From assembly GCF_009914755.1 (NCBI RefSeq), contig NC_060945.1: DNA of 64,000 nucleotides, one strand, 5' to 3'. Each line of letters starts with the position of its first letter. Within the stretch, counting starts at the first letter, position 1. The stretch comes from the human T2T-CHM13v2.0 reference genome, Homo sapiens. Both the position numbers and the translations under genes were made by a program. The notes beneath the pieces were generated by a model. The model did no database searches. It had not been told where the DNA came from and saw nothing but the letters and a program-made list of their open reading frames with translations. Below are positions 56,965-64,000 of the stretch, piece after piece.

Positions 56965-57467
56965 ACCACCCATCCATCCACCCACCCATCCAACCAACCA
57001 ACCAACCAACCATCCACCCATCCATCCAACCAACCAACCAACCAACCAACCATCCACCCATCCATCCAACCAACCATCCACCCACTCATCCATCCACCCA
57101 TCCATCCACCCACCCATCCATCCAACCAGCCAACCAACCATTCATCCACCCACCCATCCACCCATCCAACCAACCACCCACCCATCTATCCACCTACCCA
57201 TCCATCCAACCAGCCAACCATCCAACCAGCCAACCAACCATTCATCCACCCACCCATCCATCCAACCAACCAACCATCCACCCACCCATCCATCCACCCA
57301 CCCACCCACCCATCCATCCACCCATCCACCCATCCACCCACCCATCCATCCACCCATCCACCCATCCACCTACCCAACCAACCAACCAACCAACCACCCA
57401 CCCATCCATCCACCCACCCATCCATCCAACCAGCCAACCATCTACCTACACATCCATTCATCCATCC
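56965..57467. repeat. Complex (CCAT/CCAA/CCAC)n tetranucleotide satellite
   Basis: About 500 bp of CCAN tetramers, directly visible. Confidence 0.95.
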
Positions 57468-57672
57468 AAGGAGAACTTTAAATGATTAACCCCAGACACT
57501 GAATAAATGGTTGAATGGAAAGGTACTTCAGTCTAGATATCACTTAGGATGTAGTATTTTTAATGTTTCCCACATTTCCTGTCTTTAGCGGGGTGGGCTG
57601 AGGCCTGGTTCCACCAATTCTGCTTTAATAGGAGCAACCAACACTTGGTATGGTGTTTTTGTTTTTTTTTGA

Positions 57673-57837
<165 letters not shown>

Positions 57838-58400
57838 TAGACGGGGTTTCACCACGTTGGCCAGGCTGGTCTCGAACTCCTGACCTCAGGAGAGCCACCC
57901 ATCCAACCAACCAACAGTGTCCAGGCAGGGGAAATGCAGTAGCGGTTGGCCACCTTGGCCTCCCAAAGTGCTGGGATTACAGGCATGAGCCACCGTGCCC
58001 GGCCTGGTCAGTCTTTTTAATTGTAGCCACTTTAATAGAGATGCAGTGGTGGCTCACAGTGGCTTTAATTTGCATTTCCCTAATGACGGATGGTGTTGAG
58101 CATCTGGGGCAGACCCGTGGGTAGGATGGCCGCATCCCAACAGGCGTTCTCAATTCTGTCCCAGTGACCTCTCTATCCCAGCCCCCATAACAACTTGGTT
58201 AATTACTGTCCTCCATCATATACTGTAGTACATATATAGAACACGTCATGAAAATGAACTTTGGTTTCTCCTCTGAGTGAAAATAAATTATAGCCAAATA
58301 TTCGAGCATGAAAGGCCTTCTGTTTTATCCTCTTCTAGCTGTGTGAGGCTGCCTGGCCTTGTCCCTTCTTCCTCAGTTCACAGAAAGGACGGCAGAGACC

Positions 58401-58717
58401 AAGAGTTGGCAAACTTTTGCCAAGAGCTACATCGTAAACAGCTTCCAAAGCAGGACACACCGTCAGCTCTTGAGTTGGCCATTGCAGCATGAAAGCAGCT
58501 ACGGACAATGTGGAAACAAATGGGCCTGGCCCAATAAAACTTTATTTATGAACACTAAAATTAGCATTTCATATAATTTTCATATGTTGCAAAATATTAT
58601 TATTGTATTGGCTTTTCCCCAAACATGTAAAAATGTAAAACCATTCTTGGCTTGCAGGTTGTGTGAGAATAGGAGGCAGGCCAGCTCCGGTCTGAAGCTG
58701 TGGTTTGCCCACCCCTG
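58401..58717. mobile_element. MER58B-type hAT-Charlie relic
   Basis: TIR-like ends gttggcaaact...ggtttgcccacccctg; internal ccaataaaactttatttatgaacact. Confidence 0.7.
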
Positions 58718-59932
58718 GCACAGACCCATGAGGCTTTCTTAGAGCTGCCGTGCCCGTCCTGGCTGATGGGACCTCCTACCTCAGGGGCTCTGAGTCCAGC
58801 TGCCAGGAAGCTCATCTTAGTGACCCACAGCCCCTGCTCACCCACCTGGTGTCACTGGGGCTGAGAGTGAAACCTGCAGGCATAACTGGCCCTGATGGAT
58901 ACACAGTAAGCATAGATGTGTTTGGGATGAGGAAGATGGGGGGTCCACAGCAATGACCCCCCGTACTCCCTTCTGTCCTGGGAGGAGGTTCCTGGTGCTG
59001 GAAGACAGGAAGGCACAGGCTGGGAATATCCAGAACCTGGTGAAGGCCACCCATCTGCAGAGGAGGGTCTGGGGCAGGTCCTTCGGAGGCTCCCCTTCCC
59101 TCTGTACCCTCCACCATGTGCTGCTGCCAGGGTCCCCTCCCAAAGGGCAAAAGCCTTCCAGGTCATAGACTCTGCTGCCCTGTCTAGAAATTCCCACCTC
59201 AGCCTCTTCTCTTCCACCTTCCCTGCACCCCAGTCACACGAATCCCACCAAAGCCTTGACCTCCGGGCCCCCAGCTTCCATCCCACCTCTGGGTGCCTGG
59301 TTTCCCTCTGATCCATTTTTTGCTTCAGAAAGTCAGAGTTGTTTTCTGCTGCCTGCCACCCAGAAGGCTGAACAGCTGTAGGAAGCTCTCAGAAGTGGAG
59401 CACTATTTACCTTTAACATTCTGCCCTTGACATTGGGGCCTTAAGCATCTCCTGGGCATGATAAAGTTTTTTTTTTTTGTTTTTTTTTTTGAGATGGAGT
59501 CTTGTAATCTCCTCTTTCTGGGCTCAAGCGATTCTCCTGCCTCAGCCTCCTGAGTAGCTGGGACTACAGGCATGCACCACCACGCCCAGCTAATTTTTGT
59601 ATTTTTAGTAGAGACAGGATTTCACCAAGTTGCCCAGGCTGGTCTCAAACTCCTGACCTCAGGTGATCCGCCCGCCTCGGCCTCCCAAAGTGCTGGGAGT
59701 AGAGATGTGAGCCACCGCACCCGGCCAGTGATAAAGTTCTGAGGAGTTGACACACTTCCCCAAATTCAGGGCCGCCCGCTGAGCTCTCCTGATACTTCTG
59801 CCCCTAATGCAACATTTAAGGCCAGGGCTGGGGTTTGGGAGACAGAGCTGGGCCCCAGCCTTCCTCTGTGATGAGGGGTAAGCAGTCCGGGGAGGCCCAG
59901 GCAGTGCCCAGGCAGGCAGCTGGCCCCCTTCA

Positions 59933-60376
<444 letters not shown>

Positions 60377-60780
60377 TTATGTGCATGAGGGTGGCCTCCT
60401 GAAATTGACCCAAGCGTGTCAGCTAGTTTCCAGTTGTTTTCTTTTTCCAGCCCCAGGGTCTGTTCTCTCTTTCAAGCCAGTTCCAGGCCTACTTTTTTCT
60501 AGGTCTCCCCCTAGAAAAGCGGCCCCACCTCCCCTGCATCTCTGCCACTCGGATGCATCTTTGGTGAGTGCCGTGGGAGCAAACCTCCAGGCATCCCAGA
60601 ATTTCAGGTCCTCCTGGAATTGGGCCCTTACTCAACATTTCCAGTCCTGATGGAAACCTGCACCCAGGCAGGTCTCTAAGCTAACAGTGTCCTTGCTGGG
60701 GCCTGGCCCTGAGAGTCTGGAAAGGTCTTCCCTAATACTCCCCGACCTGGTGCCTTAAGGCTGAGCAGCTATCTCTGCTA

Positions 60781-60918
<138 letters not shown>

Positions 60919-61690
60919 TTACCAAGGAACGCGTAGAGGCTGTCGCTGCAAGCACTCGGACTGGATGGTACTGCACCCATGTCGGAAGGCCCTGCCTCAC
61001 CCACACTCCCAGGATGGGGGAGGCCTGGGAGGATCCTGGTCTTAGGTTATCCCAGATAAAGAGGGACCAGTGTTGGGTAAGGAGGGCAAGGGGCAGCATC
61101 AGGGGAGGGGTAATCCAGGGAACTCAGTGCTGGAGGATGGTCATCTCATTCCTGGAAGGGAGGCTGAAAAGACGCGACCAGGTTCCTCCTGAGTGCATTT
61201 CATACAGAGTGCCCTGGGCTCCAGGAGGTCAAGGGCTCTACAGGGCTGGCTGCAGCCTGACCTTGGCCACCTGGAGCCACCCTCTGGCCCCAAGTGGTCT
61301 AGAGTCTGGTCTGATCCCCAAGTATCTGCACATCCCTCAAGTCTGCCCCCTAGTCCGGGCGTGGTGGCTCATGCCTGTCATCTCAACAGTGGGAGGTTGC
61401 ACTGGGAGGATTGCTTGATCCCAGGAGGTCGGGGGTGCAGTGAATTGTGATCAGGCCACTGCACTCCATCCTGGGCAACAGAGCGAGACCAACCCTGTCT
61501 CAGGAATAAAAAAAAAAAATCTGGCCAGGTGCAGTGAGTCACACCTATAATCTCAGCACTTTAGGAGGCCGAGGTGGGTGGATTACTTCAGGCCGGGAGT
61601 TTGAGACGAGCCTGGCGAACATGGCAAAACCCCTTCTCTACTAAAAATACAAAAGTTGGCCAGGCATGGTGGAGCGCACCTGTAATCTCA

Positions 61691-61897
<207 letters not shown>

Positions 61898-62284
61898 TTA
61901 GGCACAGGGGTCCTGCCCCTCACCCAGCATCACACTGGAGAGGGGCCGTTGGGAACCCTAGCCAGCCCTTGGGGGGGTCCCCAAACCCTCTGCCCCAGGC
62001 ACTGGTAGCCATTCTATTCCCTCGCACTGGCTCTGCAGTCAGGGGACCTGGTTTGGGATTTTCTCTCTGTATTTGAGACTGGGCTCTGCCCTTGGCAGCT
62101 GAGCCCCCACAGCTCACAGCTTGCCCCACGTTCCAAAGAACAAGAAATGCTCCTCTGGCCTCCTCAGCTTCTCCCTGGACGTCCCCGGGTAACAGTGAGG
62201 ACAGCAGCTCCTCCCCAACCAATGGACAAGCTCAGGGTCTGGAACCAGAGCAACTGGGTCTGATCTGGGTGCGACCACTGCCAG

Positions 62285-62345
62285 GGTGAGCAACCTCTCT
62301 GCCTCCATTTTCTCATCTGCAAAATGGGAACAATGAAGGTGCCCC
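62285..62345. mobile_element. MIR core fragment
   Basis: aacctctctgcctccattttctcatctgcaaaatggg. Confidence 0.65.
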
Positions 62346-62509
62346 TTTTTGGGGTTTGCAGACTAAAGGTGATAAGGAATGGGGGTGTCTTCAACTCTGA
62401 ATGTAAAGGAAAAGCGTTGAGGACAATCTCGCCGGTACCAGGAGTGGGGGTGATTCCCAGAGTTGCTGTCCCCACCTCCCCCTGGAGGTGGCTCCCCCTG
62501 GAGTGGCTA

Positions 62510-62758
<249 letters not shown>

Positions 62759-63330
62759 TCAAGCCCCTCCGAGGATCTCCCTGAGCTGCCTCTGTAAGCC
62801 TGACCTCTAGCAAATTCATGTGTTCCATCCACAAGTCTAGGGGCGGATGCTCTGAGTGGTCCCTTCAGGCAGATTTCTGAAGAGCAACCCTGGGAGACAC
62901 CTCACTGGTGAGGCCTCCAGGCTTCCCAGCCAGTGCATGCCTAGATCACCCCCCACCTGAACCCTGAGCTGAGCAGCTACCTGCTGGGTGTGTCCAGGGG
63001 TGAGTCCCTCTCATGGCGGCCTGTGGGCCAGGATGCAGGGCTGGCGAAAGGTGGGCAGCAGGTCCCTCAGGCAGCAGGAGAGGGAACAATGCAGGCAGGG
63101 GGTGCAGAGGTGCCCCCAGGCACCGAGGCTCCCCAGACCCTGTGCTCAGTGGCCTGCGAGGACAGGCAGGTCGGTCATGGGCCACCCAGACCCTCAGAGA
63201 ATGTGAAGACTAAGTCTGAGGATGGGTCCGCTGGGCTGCCAGCCCCAGGCCTAGCCCTTGGGGCCCTGCATTCTGCACCTGCAGGGCTGTCTCGAAGAGT
63301 CCCTCCAACGCCACAGCCTGCGAGTTGTTA

Positions 63331-63735
<405 letters not shown>

Positions 63736-64000
63736 TCATCCCCAGGTGTGGCCAGCTGGGCTTCATGGGAAGGCAAAAAAGTGGGCAGCAGCTGAGGCAG
63801 AGGGGCAGAACCCTCAGACCTGGGGGAAGGGCAGTCGTGACCCCCTATGCACCACCAGCCTCAGGACCCAGTCCAGAAGAACCTGTGTGTCAGGGGAGGG
63901 CGCCCCACCTGTGTACTGCCTCCAGGGTGTTAATACCTCCCTCCTAGGGACCCTCAGAGCAAGCAGGGAAGACAGGGTGGGGAGACACTGGGAGGACAGG

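Overview
Human (primate) genomic DNA that I recognise as chr21q22.3. It holds three genes. (1) The 5' two-thirds of MCM3AP/GANP on the - strand: coding exons 1-16, all GT-AG and phase-consistent, 3734 coding nt. (2) The complete YBEY gene on the + strand: 167 aa, head-to-head with MCM3AP at a shared CpG-island promoter. (3) Exons 2-8 of C21orf58 on the - strand, convergent with YBEY. Introns are packed with Alu, L1, LTR and DNA-transposon relics. The most unusual structures are a 61 x 74-bp minisatellite grown inside a solo LTR8-type LTR in YBEY intron 3, and a second LTR-born minisatellite (14 x 44-48 bp) in YBEY intron 2; together they bracket the in-frame YBEY exon 3. Also notable: a 41-bp CpG-rich VNTR carrying tandem MRE (TGCACACGG) cores, an inverted ~200-bp duplication flanking C21orf58 exon 6, and a YBEY leader that stays open in frame to an upstream ATG. 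I see no evidence of a new protein-coding system; the novelty candidates are regulatory or structural. Repeat family names come from recalled consensus sequences and repeat boundaries are approximate.
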